Of a DNA stretch of 64,000 bases, positions 9,956 through 19,823 are shown one piece after another. Origin of the DNA: a virus; the IMG/VR virus record IMGVR_UViG_3300037247_000655, positions 101,527-165,526 of that record; one strand, 5' to 3'. The position numbers and the translations under genes were made by a program. Under the pieces are notes generated by a model. It saw only the letters and a program-made list of their open reading frames with translations. It was not told the DNA's origin and ran no database searches. The first letter of the stretch is position 1. Each line of letters begins with the position of its first letter.

Positions 9956-11398
9956 CTATGATTCCTTAGCTTTATTTTCTAAAGAAGACTTAACTACGGC
10001 AGAAAATGTTTGTCCTTCTATGAACTTGCCTACCTCAAGCTTCTCTACCACGTTTATATATTCACCACTTTCCATACCAGCTCCAAATCTAGTATCTGTT
10101 ACCACCAACTTCTTTGTACCATTTATTGGGGGATCTTCGTTTAGTTCGGTTTGTGTTTTCTTTTTCAATATAGTAAAATTGGAACATAACCACGCAATCC
10201 TGTCAGAACCCGACACTACCTCTGACCCTTCTTTTTCTATCCCGTCTCTATTAAGTTGAACAGTAGCCAATACTGGTAGTTTGAATTTAACGGCAAAGTT
10301 GTGTAGTGCCGTCACAAGAAAACCAAGCAATTGATACTCCTGTAACCCCTTCTTCAAACCACCATCATCCATGAGTTTAAGATAATCATATATAATTAGA
10401 CACGGTTTTGCTGCGCCGCTGTGTGTAAATCCAACCTTCTTTGATAACCATCTTCTTGCTATGGACATGATCGCATGCGGAGCTAAGCCCGCTACCGAAA
10501 AATGATCTATGGACAGACCTTCTATCTTATCTTGACAACTCCATAATGCTTCCTCTTCTTGCTTGTTGTGCTTAAAACTTCCAGTCTCTATGCGATTCAA
10601 ATCTATGCCTGACACTAAAGATGATAGGCGGTGCAACTGGATGTCGCTTGTTAACTCTGTGTCTAAATACAATACTGGAATTCCATGCTCTGCTATATTA
10701 CATGCTACGTTGATGCAGAAAAAACTTTTTCCAATTTTAGTTCTAGCACCTACAACATTTACGGTAGCAGGTCTCAATCCTCCTCCGATTGCATTATCCC
10801 AAGCGGGAAACCCTGTCGGCAAGCCTACTATGTCCTGTGGTGTCTCTGCCAGGGCTTTCATCACACTATCGAATTGTTGCCCAAGAGATACAACGGTAGC
10901 ACCCTGATCCATAATCTGTCCTGTGAATCCAAAGATAGGTTCCTCTATCTGTCCAATTATATCGTCGACATCTTCTGCCCCTGTGATTTTCTTTAGATTG
11001 TTCTGAACAGCAACCGCTGCCATATATCCTTGTCTTGCTATGGATAGCTTGTATACAGCTATCACTAATGATCTAATATTATCTTTAGATGATTCATTCT
11101 CTCCTATTATCGCCTCTAGGTATTCAGTGTGTTTCCCGTCATTTACGAAATTGTCGCAATTAAGAATTTTTGCTGCTGCTTGAATACTAGGAATATCAAA
11201 AGTCTTAGCATCATCATGACTAACAAGATGGGAAAGTATTTTGAATAACTCTTGATTGATTGGCCAATAAAAATCCTTCACACCAATAAGGTCTTCAACT
11301 TCGAAAAAACAATCGGTGCCATATGTGGTTATACCAGAAAGTATAGCACGCTCCATACCTGCATCTTGTAATATAGCATTTGATTTACTTTTCATCAA
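9956..11398 (-). CDS. dnaB: Replicative DNA helicase
   Basis: GLPTGF, GARTKIGKS, IYDYLKL, QLNR. Confidence 0.95.
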   Translation of the reverse strand: MMKSKSNAILQDAGMERAILSGITTYGTDCFFEVEDLIGVKDFYWPINQELFKILSHLVSHDDAKTFDIPSIQAAAKILNCDNFVNDGKHTEYLEAIIGENESSKDNIRSLVIAVYKLSIARQGYMAAVAVQNNLKKITGAEDVDDIIGQIEEPIFGFTGQIMDQGATVVSLGQQFDSVMKALAETPQDIVGLPTGFPAWDNAIGGGLRPATVNVVGARTKIGKSFFCINVACNIAEHGIPVLYLDTELTSDIQLHRLSSLVSGIDLNRIETGSFKHNKQEEEALWSCQDKIEGLSIDHFSVAGLAPHAIMSIARRWLSKKVGFTHSGAAKPCLIIYDYLKLMDDGGLKKGLQEYQLLGFLVTALHNFAVKFKLPVLATVQLNRDGIEKEGSEVVSGSDRIAWLCSNFTILKKKTQTELNEDPPINGTKKLVVTDTRFGAGMESGEYINVVEKLEVGKFIEGQTFSAVVKSSLENKAKES

Positions 11399-11973
11399 AC
11401 AAATCTACTCTTTGTACCCATTAGACATTTCTTACATTTTTGACCCATTTCTCCACCAGGTCTATTAGATTGGAACATACTATCACATTCACTACACTCA
11501 ACATCATAGCTATTTATTTGTGGTCGCTTTACTTGGATAGTTTTAGTTTTCTCAGCTAAAATCTTGTTCTTCTCTATCTCAATTGGATCTGGATTATTTG
11601 TAATAAAACGGACTCCATCAGTTTGTTTCTGTACCGCAGTCTTCCTTCTTGAATCAATATCTGGAGGACTACCTTCTTCATCTTTATTTACTGATTTAGA
11701 TTTTTTAGATGTCTTTTTTCTACTAACCTTTTTCTTTAAGGCTTTTGGTGGTTTTGTGGTTGGTGTTTGTTGCAGCTCAAGAACATTGGATAACATATCT
11801 GCAACCTGACGCAATGCAGCTTCCGCATCTTGAATTGTTAACTTAGCAATGAACGCTTTTGCCGAAGGTACACTTAAAGTTTCTCCGGTAAGTCGCTCAT
11901 ACCCCTCACAAACTATATCCCAGTTTCCTGTGCGAATACCTTCTGCTATATACTCAATAGGACTCATCAACAA
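11395..11973 (-). CDS. Hypothetical protein with C-terminal Zn ribbon
   Basis: CSEC..CKKC; overlaps neighbours. Confidence 0.6.
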   Translation of the reverse strand: MLMSPIEYIAEGIRTGNWDIVCEGYERLTGETLSVPSAKAFIAKLTIQDAEAALRQVADMLSNVLELQQTPTTKPPKALKKKVSRKKTSKKSKSVNKDEEGSPPDIDSRRKTAVQKQTDGVRFITNNPDPIEIEKNKILAEKTKTIQVKRPQINSYDVECSECDSMFQSNRPGGEMGQKCKKCLMGTKSRFV

Positions 11974-12383
11974 CTCCCCTCATTATATCTGGCTCTTACT
12001 AAACCATTAATACTCTGTCCAATTACTTCTATCCTACGTGCAAGGTAAACTATTCTATCAAGTCTTAGTTCAACCTCTTTAACTAACTTATTAAGCTTAG
12101 GACGATCATCACCCAACAAACGGTTTACTACCTGTTTTGACCACCTAAGAAACGTTTGACATTCATTTGTTTTTTGCTGCAAAAATAAAGCATACTGAGC
12201 TAAAATAACTGTATCTTCAGACAGATCTACTGAAGATTGTTCTCTTAACAACTCTCTAGTAAACCCAAGAATCTTTTCAACTTCATCATTAGATGGCTGA
12301 TGTTGTGGTAACCCTAATGCTTTACACCACTTATCTAGCTCATCTGAATACAATGCTATTTCATTGGTCAAATCACTCATCAT
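11967..12383 (-). CDS. Hypothetical helical protein
   Basis: Operon-packed ORF. Confidence 0.6.
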   Translation of the reverse strand: MMSDLTNEIALYSDELDKWCKALGLPQHQPSNDEVEKILGFTRELLREQSSVDLSEDTVILAQYALFLQQKTNECQTFLRWSKQVVNRLLGDDRPKLNKLVKEVELRLDRIVYLARRIEVIGQSINGLVRARYNEGSC

Positions 12384-12732
12384 AAATTTCTAACATTTTA
12401 AACCCATTTAATTCGCACCAATCTCGTTTCTTTTGATCCGTATCTTGTTGTTTGTGAAATTCTCTTTTCGTTTTGTGAAAATGTTTTACGTGTTCCGTGT
12501 GTTGTTTTCCATTACATTCGATCACTAAATTAACTGATGGTATAAAAAAATCTATGATAAATCTCTCAACTGGTATGATCACCTCTTCAAAAATAATATC
12601 ATGAGGGTATTTTTCGGCTAGTTGTTGACCTATCCTATATTGAAACAACGACTTACATTTTTCTTTTGATCTTCTTTTTTTATTACTTAATCGTATCCTT
12701 GTGGTTCCACCATTGAGTAGTTTAACTTCCAT
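12373..12732 (-). CDS. DUF559/Vsr-like endonuclease
   Basis: IDFFIP..VIECNGKQH, D..K..WC..NG. Confidence 0.75.
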   Translation of the reverse strand: MEVKLLNGGTTRIRLSNKKRRSKEKCKSLFQYRIGQQLAEKYPHDIIFEEVIIPVERFIIDFFIPSVNLVIECNGKQHTEHVKHFHKTKREFHKQQDTDQKKRDWCELNGFKMLEIYDE

Positions 12733-12733
12733 G

Positions 12734-13255
12734 TTATGGGTTAATTCCCATCATTATACAATGAATGTATTCAAGCTCGTCCGAGATAAGACCTTTATCC
12801 TTAGGTATCCACCTAACTACTTCTATGTCTTGATTTTCCAACATATCCTTTACGACCTGATTGACATCTTCCAGTTTTGCATCAGTATATAATCCACTTT
12901 GTGATGTAGTAATAGGTCCATACACTACTCGCTTAATACCCTTCTGAATAATATGAGCCCAACAGTGAGTACATGGAGGTCCACTCACATACAAAGTAGC
13001 ATCTTCCAAATCTCCAGTAGAATTTAGTATTGCATTTTCTTCTGAATGCAATATAGGAGGATATTTTTCTGGTCGCATCTGTGGCATCTTATCATCATTG
13101 ACACCCCTAGGGTAACCGTTATATCCTTGGCCAACTATACATCCACGACTATTTATAATAACACAACCACATTGGGTACTTGTATCTGGACTTCGTGTCT
13201 TAGCCCAAATAGCTTGTACCATAAAATAGTCGTCCCAGCAAAGTCTAGTTCTCAC
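12734..13255 (-). CDS. dCMP deaminase
   Basis: WDDYF, GYNG, HSEENA, PCTHC; start revised to GTG at 13255, which follows AAGGAGG. Confidence 0.9.
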   Translation of the reverse strand: MRTRLCWDDYFMVQAIWAKTRSPDTSTQCGCVIINSRGCIVGQGYNGYPRGVNDDKMPQMRPEKYPPILHSEENAILNSTGDLEDATLYVSGPPCTHCWAHIIQKGIKRVVYGPITTSQSGLYTDAKLEDVNQVVKDMLENQDIEVVRWIPKDKGLISDELEYIHCIMMGINP

Positions 13256-14315
13256 TATTATTGTCCTCCTTAGGTAGAACCACATCTCTAACTTCTTTTT
13301 CCAATAATTGTAATTTATCAGGGTTGTCTCTAAGAAAATTGGATAACCTTGCCAATCCCTGGAACTTCGGTGGATCACCATCATCTGCGAACATAGGTAA
13401 TGAGTACCAAGATCCAGCCTTCTCTATTAATCCAAGATTTTCCGCAGTAGTCACAATATCCCTTATAACATCAATACCAAAACCATATCTCAATGGTAAT
13501 ATGCACGGAAGAAGAGGTCTGCCAAGCGCAGATGACTGTACAGTAATATGCATGTCGTGACCGTCAGAAGTATTGGTTTCTGCGTTGCGTTCCCATTGTT
13601 GTGTCCACGTTACCTTCAACCACACAGAACACGCATATTGTATAGCCACCCCGCCCTTCTCTACAAATTTTGGACCACGTGGTTCCCTACTGGTCATTAG
13701 CTGGGATATAAAAATCAGTATTACATTTTTTGAATCAACGATTTGTTGGGCACGTCTAAAGAATGCAGACAACAACTTGGCTGGTCCAGCCATGTCTCTA
13801 CTAGAACCAATGTCGTCCTCTTGTTCTGTCATGGTTGATAAAGCAGCAATGCTATCAATGACAACAACTGCCTTCTCTTGGGTCTTGGCGATCCGTTCTA
13901 TAATGTTTAGGTAGTCTTCTGCTGTCAATGGCTTGTCTATATGATGAGGAATGACCTTGAGCTTAGCTGGATCTAGACCGTGGATAGTGGACAATAACGC
14001 AGGAGTACATCTTCGCTCTATATTTATATAGTAGGTTGGTCTGTTAAGTTCTTGTGCATTTCTGAGCAATTCTAAACATAATGTAGTTTTTCCAGACTTT
14101 GCTTTTCCGGTTATCAAACAAATCGTTCCATCAGGGATCCCACCGTTTAGGGCAATGTCTAGCGACAACGGGGTGTGAAGAATATCTCTGGTACATGGAG
14201 GCAAAGCCTTTTCTGCCGTGGCTATAATACCATGGCCATGTATTCTAATCAAAAACTCATCCAAGGATTCATCTGCAATCTTTGCTTTTGTTTTTGTCTT
14301 AGCCATTCTCTTCAT
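13245..14315 (-). CDS. recA: RecA-family recombinase
   Basis: SLDIALNGG, GKAKSGKTT, VIDSIAAL, GG.AI.Y, AGSWY. Confidence 0.9.
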   Translation of the reverse strand: MKRMAKTKTKAKIADESLDEFLIRIHGHGIIATAEKALPPCTRDILHTPLSLDIALNGGIPDGTICLITGKAKSGKTTLCLELLRNAQELNRPTYYINIERRCTPALLSTIHGLDPAKLKVIPHHIDKPLTAEDYLNIIERIAKTQEKAVVVIDSIAALSTMTEQEDDIGSSRDMAGPAKLLSAFFRRAQQIVDSKNVILIFISQLMTSREPRGPKFVEKGGVAIQYACSVWLKVTWTQQWERNAETNTSDGHDMHITVQSSALGRPLLPCILPLRYGFGIDVIRDIVTTAENLGLIEKAGSWYSLPMFADDGDPPKFQGLARLSNFLRDNPDKLQLLEKEVRDVVLPKEDNNSEN

Positions 14316-14769
14316 CTCTTATCTTAGCAAGTGCAGTTTTTCTTCCTGTATCAACAAACGTAGCGTTCTTTTTGTTGTCTATTTCGGTGTGTTGCTGTCT
14401 TTTGGATAATTCTAAACGTTGTGCAGTCAAAGATTCTACACGGTTATTCGTCCACCGCACTATCGTTGCTATTGTCTTCTTGGCAACAAGCGCTTTTATA
14501 TTGCGTTCTCGGATTATCTCTACCAAAGCTCTCCGTAATAGGGCGTCAGAAAGATTCAATTCTTTTCCTAGGTTGGTTACTCCTCTTATTTCTCTCCCAT
14601 ACTTAGGTCCCCAATATTTCTTATCAGACCAAAATCGTGGACCAATCTTTGGATTAACATTCATACACACCAATTCTATTATGTAGTCTCTGAATGTGAC
14701 ATATAATCCAGGCGTAGTAGGAGAAAGGTAAGGATGTTTTTCGCTTTTTGGTTGATGCCTTATTGCCAT
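14299..14769 (-). CDS. Hypothetical protein
   Basis: Operon-packed ORF. Confidence 0.6.
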   Translation of the reverse strand: MAIRHQPKSEKHPYLSPTTPGLYVTFRDYIIELVCMNVNPKIGPRFWSDKKYWGPKYGREIRGVTNLGKELNLSDALLRRALVEIIRERNIKALVAKKTIATIVRWTNNRVESLTAQRLELSKRQQHTEIDNKKNATFVDTGRKTALAKIRDEENG

Positions 14770-15194
14770 TATGGATTCCTGATCAAAAAGAAACCTGCAT
14801 CTGCCACTGTTCTTTCTTCTGTTTGTGCGTGGTCAAAACCTGGTTGTCGGTACCAAACTATATTGATCTTTTGTCCATCATAATATCCTATGCCGATGTA
14901 ATTAAACTGGGCACCACCCCAAACAGCCATGTGTTTCTGCCCAAAAAAGTATCCCTTTTGGTTAGGCGGCATTGGTATGTCCACACCCTTTGGGCCTTGC
15001 AGACGAAGGTTTGATATGGATATGTCCTTATTTGCGCCAAGCCATTTAGCCAAACGAACCCATGCATGTCTTTCTTTAGGCCTATCGTCTTGTATCACGG
15101 TTCTCCCATCTGATAACGACACCACGAACCTATTAGTAGGAACAGCATCTGTTACTGCAAATGCCAGGATAGCGTCGTTTACTGTATTATACAT
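14769..15194 (-). CDS. Hypothetical protein
   Basis: Operon-packed ORF, TAATG coupling. Confidence 0.6.
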   Translation of the reverse strand: MYNTVNDAILAFAVTDAVPTNRFVVSLSDGRTVIQDDRPKERHAWVRLAKWLGANKDISISNLRLQGPKGVDIPMPPNQKGYFFGQKHMAVWGGAQFNYIGIGYYDGQKINIVWYRQPGFDHAQTEERTVADAGFFLIRNP

Positions 15195-15549
15195 CTACAG
15201 ATTCCCCCTTGTCTCCTTGTTGGGCATATGGAGAACGGCCTAACTGTTCGTCTGCCCTGCTAGACTCAGTCGCGTTCATAGCACAAACACCTTTGCCAGC
15301 ATCCAATGCTTTTCTAGGATCTTCAGGTTTGATCCGTATGACACCGTCTCTAAGAGAGTTGGGTTTCTTTTCGCGATCCACATTATCATCACATATTTCA
15401 GCAACTATCAGACCCTCTCCGTAAGAGTCGAATTTATCTGACACAGCCTTCAAAAACCTTTCCTTAGACTTAGTATGCTTGCGACCTAGGTTGACATTAG
15501 ATTTCTGCAGAAACTCCATTAAATCTGTTTGAAACTCTTTAAAAGTCAT
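15187..15549 (-). CDS. Hypothetical protein
   Basis: Operon-packed ORF. Confidence 0.55.
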   Translation of the reverse strand: MTFKEFQTDLMEFLQKSNVNLGRKHTKSKERFLKAVSDKFDSYGEGLIVAEICDDNVDREKKPNSLRDGVIRIKPEDPRKALDAGKGVCAMNATESSRADEQLGRSPYAQQGDKGESVDV

Positions 15550-15847
15550 TTCTGAATCTCCTTTGAGCGAGAGTGTATGGTACCTTATTTTTGCTTCTGA
15601 GAAAAACAGTGTAATCGCTGTAACACTCTTTACTACAAGACTTCAATCTCCAAAATAATCCGCCACGTTCTTTATCTTTTTTCTGCAAATTGTGATCAAT
15701 ATTGTATGGACTGAATAGATCCATCTCGTTAGAAGCCAACACCATGTATCTGTCACCAATCCACTTAGCAAAAACAACAAATGTTGGCTCGACATCATGA
15801 ACAACAGAATGAGGAGTACCATGTATATCTACTGCTATTAAGTTCAC
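15539..15847 (-). CDS. Hypothetical protein
   Basis: Operon-packed ORF. Confidence 0.55.
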   Translation of the reverse strand: MNLIAVDIHGTPHSVVHDVEPTFVVFAKWIGDRYMVLASNEMDLFSPYNIDHNLQKKDKERGGLFWRLKSCSKECYSDYTVFLRSKNKVPYTLAQRRFRNDF

Positions 15848-16179
15848 TTATTTCTAGCCTCGAACAAAACATCGGTCTGTGGGGAATCTGTGTCTACGTC
15901 AATAGGTTCGAACATCATATCGTCGTTCGGAGCACCTGGAAAAAACTGACCAGATATCTGCTCGACCAATGAATATCCACTACAAAAACCACACTTCACA
16001 GCTACACGCGTCAACACGTTAGCCTTATCCACACCCTGTGTTTTCACCAATTGAAGCACCAGCAATTCATGGTCACAATTCGAGCACTTAAAATTAACCT
16101 GACCCTGATCAGTCAAACCCTTTAATTTTTTTTCTGCAGAGTCAATCTTACCAGTTGTAATCTTTTGTTTATCCATCAA
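15844..16179 (-). CDS. Hypothetical Zn-ribbon protein
   Basis: CSNC..CGFC. Confidence 0.6.
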   Translation of the reverse strand: MMDKQKITTGKIDSAEKKLKGLTDQGQVNFKCSNCDHELLVLQLVKTQGVDKANVLTRVAVKCGFCSGYSLVEQISGQFFPGAPNDDMMFEPIDVDTDSPQTDVLFEARNK

Positions 16180-16481
16180 CCTACCTTACCTTCCTTTATA
16201 TACTTATCAGGATCTTTAAGTACATCCTTGTTAATCTTTCCATCTCTCCAGAATGGTTTTTCGCCTTTGAACTTTCCTTCGCCTAACTTATCTTTGTGTG
16301 TCTTGCGACCCTTACACGGATTCTCAGTACCTCTTATGATCACAGCCGCTCCAGGGCTGATCAACTTGACCAATCCCGGTTTACAACACTCGGGACAAGA
16401 CAATAGAGGCTCCATGGACATACTATGAAATGCCTCGAACTCAAATCCACACAAACTGCACTCGTAATCATATGTAGGAAT
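16176..16481 (-). CDS. FmdB-family zinc-ribbon protein, ATT start codon
   Basis: AGGAGG-8 nt-ATT CCT ACA TAT GAT TAC GAG TGC gives (M)PTYDYECSLCG..CPEC, the standard FmdB N-terminus. Confidence 0.8.
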   Translation of the reverse strand: MPTYDYECSLCGFEFEAFHSMSMEPLLSCPECCKPGLVKLISPGAAVIIRGTENPCKGRKTHKDKLGEGKFKGEKPFWRDGKINKDVLKDPDKYIKEGKVG

Positions 16482-16882
16482 TACTTATTCCTCCTACTAC
16501 GTCGATTCATTCTATTATCTTTAAAAGCAACCCTAGCACCATCAGATCTAATTGATGTATCAACATTGATCGATTTGACAGAATCTTCCTGTATATTCTC
16601 TTCGCATTCTAACGGATCCGTTTCTTTGCTCAAGTGATCAAAATGAGCAAAACCCCCAGAATTATAATGTGTTTTACCAGCTATTTTTTCCCAGTATCTT
16701 GTGAAGCGACGAGACTTTCTTTCTTCTGGAGATAGATCAATTGTAGTACAATCCGCAATTAAACCTTCCGCTAACTTAGTTCTTCGCTTTGCAGACTTTA
16801 ACTTCCATCGCATTACTGCCGATTTCCATCGCCTCATTGACCTACGAGCAAATCTACGAAAACGAAATACAATATTCTTCAT
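16481..16882 (-). CDS. Hypothetical basic protein
   Basis: AAGGAG RBS; downstream of promoter motif. Confidence 0.6.
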   Translation of the reverse strand: MKNIVFRFRRFARRSMRRWKSAVMRWKLKSAKRRTKLAEGLIADCTTIDLSPEERKSRRFTRYWEKIAGKTHYNSGGFAHFDHLSKETDPLECEENIQEDSVKSINVDTSIRSDGARVAFKDNRMNRRSRRNK

Positions 16883-16902
16883 AACAATCTCCTTTACACC
16901 TA

Positions 16903-16931
16903 ATTATACCTAAAACTACGTCTTTTGTTCC
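16903..16931 (-). promoter_or_regulatory. Putative promoter GGAAC-N16-GGTATAAT (copy 1 of 4)
   Basis: Same motif and spacing recur at 28260, 38983 and 40433. Confidence 0.65.
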
Positions 16932-17440
16932 GCAAAAGTTCCCATTTTCTTTGCGAAATTTCCAAGATCTTTACGGTTTTTCTCTAAACGATCTATCTCC
17001 GGAACAGTGTCCGGAGCATGAACACACATTTTGAGATGTCGTTTAATTTCTTTAACGACTTCATCTCCAAAAGGCGAAGCCTCTCCCGCATTTTTAACAG
17101 CACGAGTTAACAAACTCAACATACTGCCGCGTTTCATGAAAGCGCGTATCAATAGTAAACCAGCTCCAACGAAAATAATTGCCATAACACTAGTTCCGAT
17201 AACAACCCATCCAGCACCACTGTAATTAATGGTTTCTGCTTGTACACTTTTCTTCCAAATAGATAGTTCTTCTGCAACTGTCTCAAGATTACCCATGTCC
17301 ATACGGATTCCTTGTATATCTGCTTTAAAAGCTTCTGGGGCCATGCAGCCTGGCAAGACACAAAAAGATATGAGAATCATCAATATGACCATGAATGCAC
17401 CATGTGTCCATAGTATCATCGCTTTCGTTGTTTCTTGCAT
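16916..17440 (-). CDS. Membrane protein or lipoprotein
   Basis: Hydrophobic leader ending LPGC, plus a second TM segment. Confidence 0.6.
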   Translation of the reverse strand: MQETTKAMILWTHGAFMVILMILISFCVLPGCMAPEAFKADIQGIRMDMGNLETVAEELSIWKKSVQAETINYSGAGWVVIGTSVMAIIFVGAGLLLIRAFMKRGSMLSLLTRAVKNAGEASPFGDEVVKEIKRHLKMCVHAPDTVPEIDRLEKNRKDLGNFAKKMGTFAEQKT

Positions 17441-17898
17441 CGCTTTACCTTTCCTTTTTCTTTTCTCCTTAGGAACACTTCATTGACAAGTGCATCTGCT
17501 CGTTTGTTTAGGTGGCGTGGTACCCACTTGATAGAATAATCCTCAAACTTACTCAACAACTCTAATACAAGATCTCTATGTTTGATTAGTTCTGGCTTTT
17601 TCGCCTTGTACACACCGATAACCTGTCGAACTATTAGTTGTGAGTCTCCAATAATATGAATTGTATCAACTCCAGCTTTTAAACTGCCCTGAAGCCCGGC
17701 GATTAGGGCTCGATATTCTGCAATATTGGACGTCCCTTCTCCACATGTCCTCTTGCCGGATGCTATGATTTTTGTACCCTCTGAAAGATAGTGTGGTGCT
17801 TCGGCAATAATTGAGGGAAAAGGTTTGTCCACCAACAACCAACCATATGCCATGGTTCCTTGTCTAATGCCACCATCGAAGTACAGAGTAGCTTCCAT
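17416..17898 (-). CDS. rnhA: Ribonuclease HI
   Basis: YFDG, TSNIAEY, GDSQL, WVPR..N..AD. Confidence 0.9.
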   Translation of the reverse strand: MEATLYFDGGIRQGTMAYGWLLVDKPFPSIIAEAPHYLSEGTKIIASGKRTCGEGTSNIAEYRALIAGLQGSLKAGVDTIHIIGDSQLIVRQVIGVYKAKKPELIKHRDLVLELLSKFEDYSIKWVPRHLNKRADALVNEVFLRRKEKGKVKRCKKQRKR

Positions 17899-18851
17899 TA
17901 GAACGGAGTCTCCGAATCATCTATTTCTGTTTGCGCACCCTTGCACATGTCGCGGAAGAAGCACCGATCGCAGGATTTTTCGTTGTCCGTCCTTTTGAAG
18001 TACGATGGATTATCTTTGTTATCAAATGCCTTTTTCAACATTGGAGTTTCACTTTGTATGATACCAGCCTGCCTTTTAATGTGTTGCATGGTTACATCGA
18101 GGTGAGGTGTTGCCTGCTCGCCAAGCTCTGCAAATGCTGCCAAATAAACTGGTATGATTACAATGTCTTCTGGTTGGTCTGCCCATCCTTGTTTTAATGC
18201 GTACATACTATAACTTACCAATTGGTCTATCACGCTATCACTGACCATACCGGTCTTCCAATCCAATAAGTACACTTTACCTTTGTATCTAAAACCACAA
18301 TCTATTTTAACAGTTACCTCTTCGCCTGTACTTAATTGGAATTTTTGGAAGTCTTCTAGAGTCAGCCAATCTTCTTTCGGGAGATTTTGTAGTATACTAA
18401 ACAATGGCATGTCATAAAATGCCTTGAGGGAGCTTAGGACCTTCTGTTTATATGATGCCAATTTATCTGGTGCTATTTCTTCTTGATAGAAATGTTCTGC
18501 AAGATTGGTATTTTTCTTAGGACTTCCCTGCCATCTCTTTCCTACCGATTGCTTCCAACCTTTTCGAAGTGCCTGGACACCATCATGTTGTGCTTGTTGA
18601 AGTGTCTTCCATTCTCCTGTTGTGCGACCAGTAGTGATGATTTCTTCTATAATATCGTGGACGAGAGAACCCACGAACATAGGAAAATTGGTCATATTCT
18701 TAAGCATATATGCGCGAGACTTTTCCTGTGGAGCACTGGTTAACCAACCTTCCCAGGCTACGTGATAGATTAAATGATATCTCCACGCGCACTCTCTTAG
18801 AGTTTTTATACGACTATTTGACCAAGCATACGTCTGTTCTATATTACCCAT
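17898..18851 (-). CDS. PD-(D/E)XK nuclease
   Basis: GSLVH, KID, LLDWKTG, QL..Y, CDRCFFRDMC. Confidence 0.85.
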   Translation of the reverse strand: MGNIEQTYAWSNSRIKTLRECAWRYHLIYHVAWEGWLTSAPQEKSRAYMLKNMTNFPMFVGSLVHDIIEEIITTGRTTGEWKTLQQAQHDGVQALRKGWKQSVGKRWQGSPKKNTNLAEHFYQEEIAPDKLASYKQKVLSSLKAFYDMPLFSILQNLPKEDWLTLEDFQKFQLSTGEEVTVKIDCGFRYKGKVYLLDWKTGMVSDSVIDQLVSYSMYALKQGWADQPEDIVIIPVYLAAFAELGEQATPHLDVTMQHIKRQAGIIQSETPMLKKAFDNKDNPSYFKRTDNEKSCDRCFFRDMCKGAQTEIDDSETPF

Positions 18852-19005
18852 TGGTTTTCCTTTTTAGTTTGAGACATTTTTTGCATGATACATGTGCCCA
18901 TCTAGTACGTGAAAATATGTGTGCATTTTTACTATTGAGTTTCGCACAACACAAAGTTGGGTTGTCGTAATGTTTCTTTGGTGTTATAGCTTTATGTATC
19001 TTCAT
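18844..19005 (-). CDS. Small Zn-finger-like protein (53 aa)
   Basis: Hand translation MKIHKA..TLCC..VSCKKC fills the gap between neighbours. Confidence 0.45.
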   Translation of the reverse strand: MKIHKAITPKKHYDNPTLCCAKLNSKNAHIFSRTRWAHVSCKKCLKLKRKTNG

Positions 19006-19007
19006 TA

Positions 19008-19250
19008 TTACTTACAATTCTTACAGGTAATCGTCCTGTACTGTGTCCTATTCTCACCACACGAAGCCTGTGCATTGGTAGCCTCTCTATCAACTTCACT
19101 AACCTTCCTTGTTCCACAACATTTACGACATGTTGCATAACGAGCATTGGTGCTGCATCGTTCACACAAATCATAGGTTCCGAACGACACACCCTTGGTA
19201 TCTTTTATAACTAGAGAACAAAGATCACACTTACGAATTTTCACTTCCAT
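19008..19250 (-). CDS. Small Cys-rich hypothetical protein
   Basis: Four CxxC motifs; AAGGAG upstream. Confidence 0.55.
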   Translation of the reverse strand: MEVKIRKCDLCSLVIKDTKGVSFGTYDLCERCSTNARYATCRKCCGTRKVSEVDREATNAQASCGENRTQYRTITCKNCK

Positions 19251-19274
19251 CTCCTTTAGTCTATACTACCACTA

Positions 19275-19823
19275 TTAAGAATATGCCCACGACCTTTTTC
19301 CTTTTATATCAGAAATTGTCATCCGAGTAACACCAAATATATCTGCTATTTGTCTTTGTAAAAGATTGCCCTGTAATAATAATCGTCTTATTTCCGAGAC
19401 CTGCTCTAGAGTCAGTTTCGATCTTCCATTCCTTTGGCCCCTGTTGGTTCTGCGATGACGTATTTTATCTTCTTCGTTTTCTTTCCTTGTACCCCAAGAC
19501 AAATTAGATCGACAATTGTTCTGTTTATTTCCATCAAAGTGTCTTACTTCATGTTTTATGGTTGGAGGATCACCAATAAACGCATAAGCTACCAAACGAT
19601 GTACTCGGTGGTATCTCCTATCGCAATTCACTCTTAAATCTACCATATTATAACCATTAGAAATACGTGGTTTCAGTATCTTTTTGGTTTGTTTTCGTCT
19701 AACATATCCTATATCAGATACTTCATAATACCCTTCATATCCAACAACTGGTTTCCAGTATTCTTTAATCACCTTGAAGTCTTTCTGTGATACCATCTCT
19801 CTTAAGATAATATCCACGGTCAA
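19275..19823 (-). CDS. NUMOD4-HNH homing endonuclease
   Basis: WKPVVGYEGYYEVSD, VHRLVA, RHFDGNKQNN..NL. Confidence 0.9.
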   Translation of the reverse strand: MTVDIILREMVSQKDFKVIKEYWKPVVGYEGYYEVSDIGYVRRKQTKKILKPRISNGYNMVDLRVNCDRRYHRVHRLVAYAFIGDPPTIKHEVRHFDGNKQNNCRSNLSWGTRKENEEDKIRHRRTNRGQRNGRSKLTLEQVSEIRRLLLQGNLLQRQIADIFGVTRMTISDIKGKRSWAYS

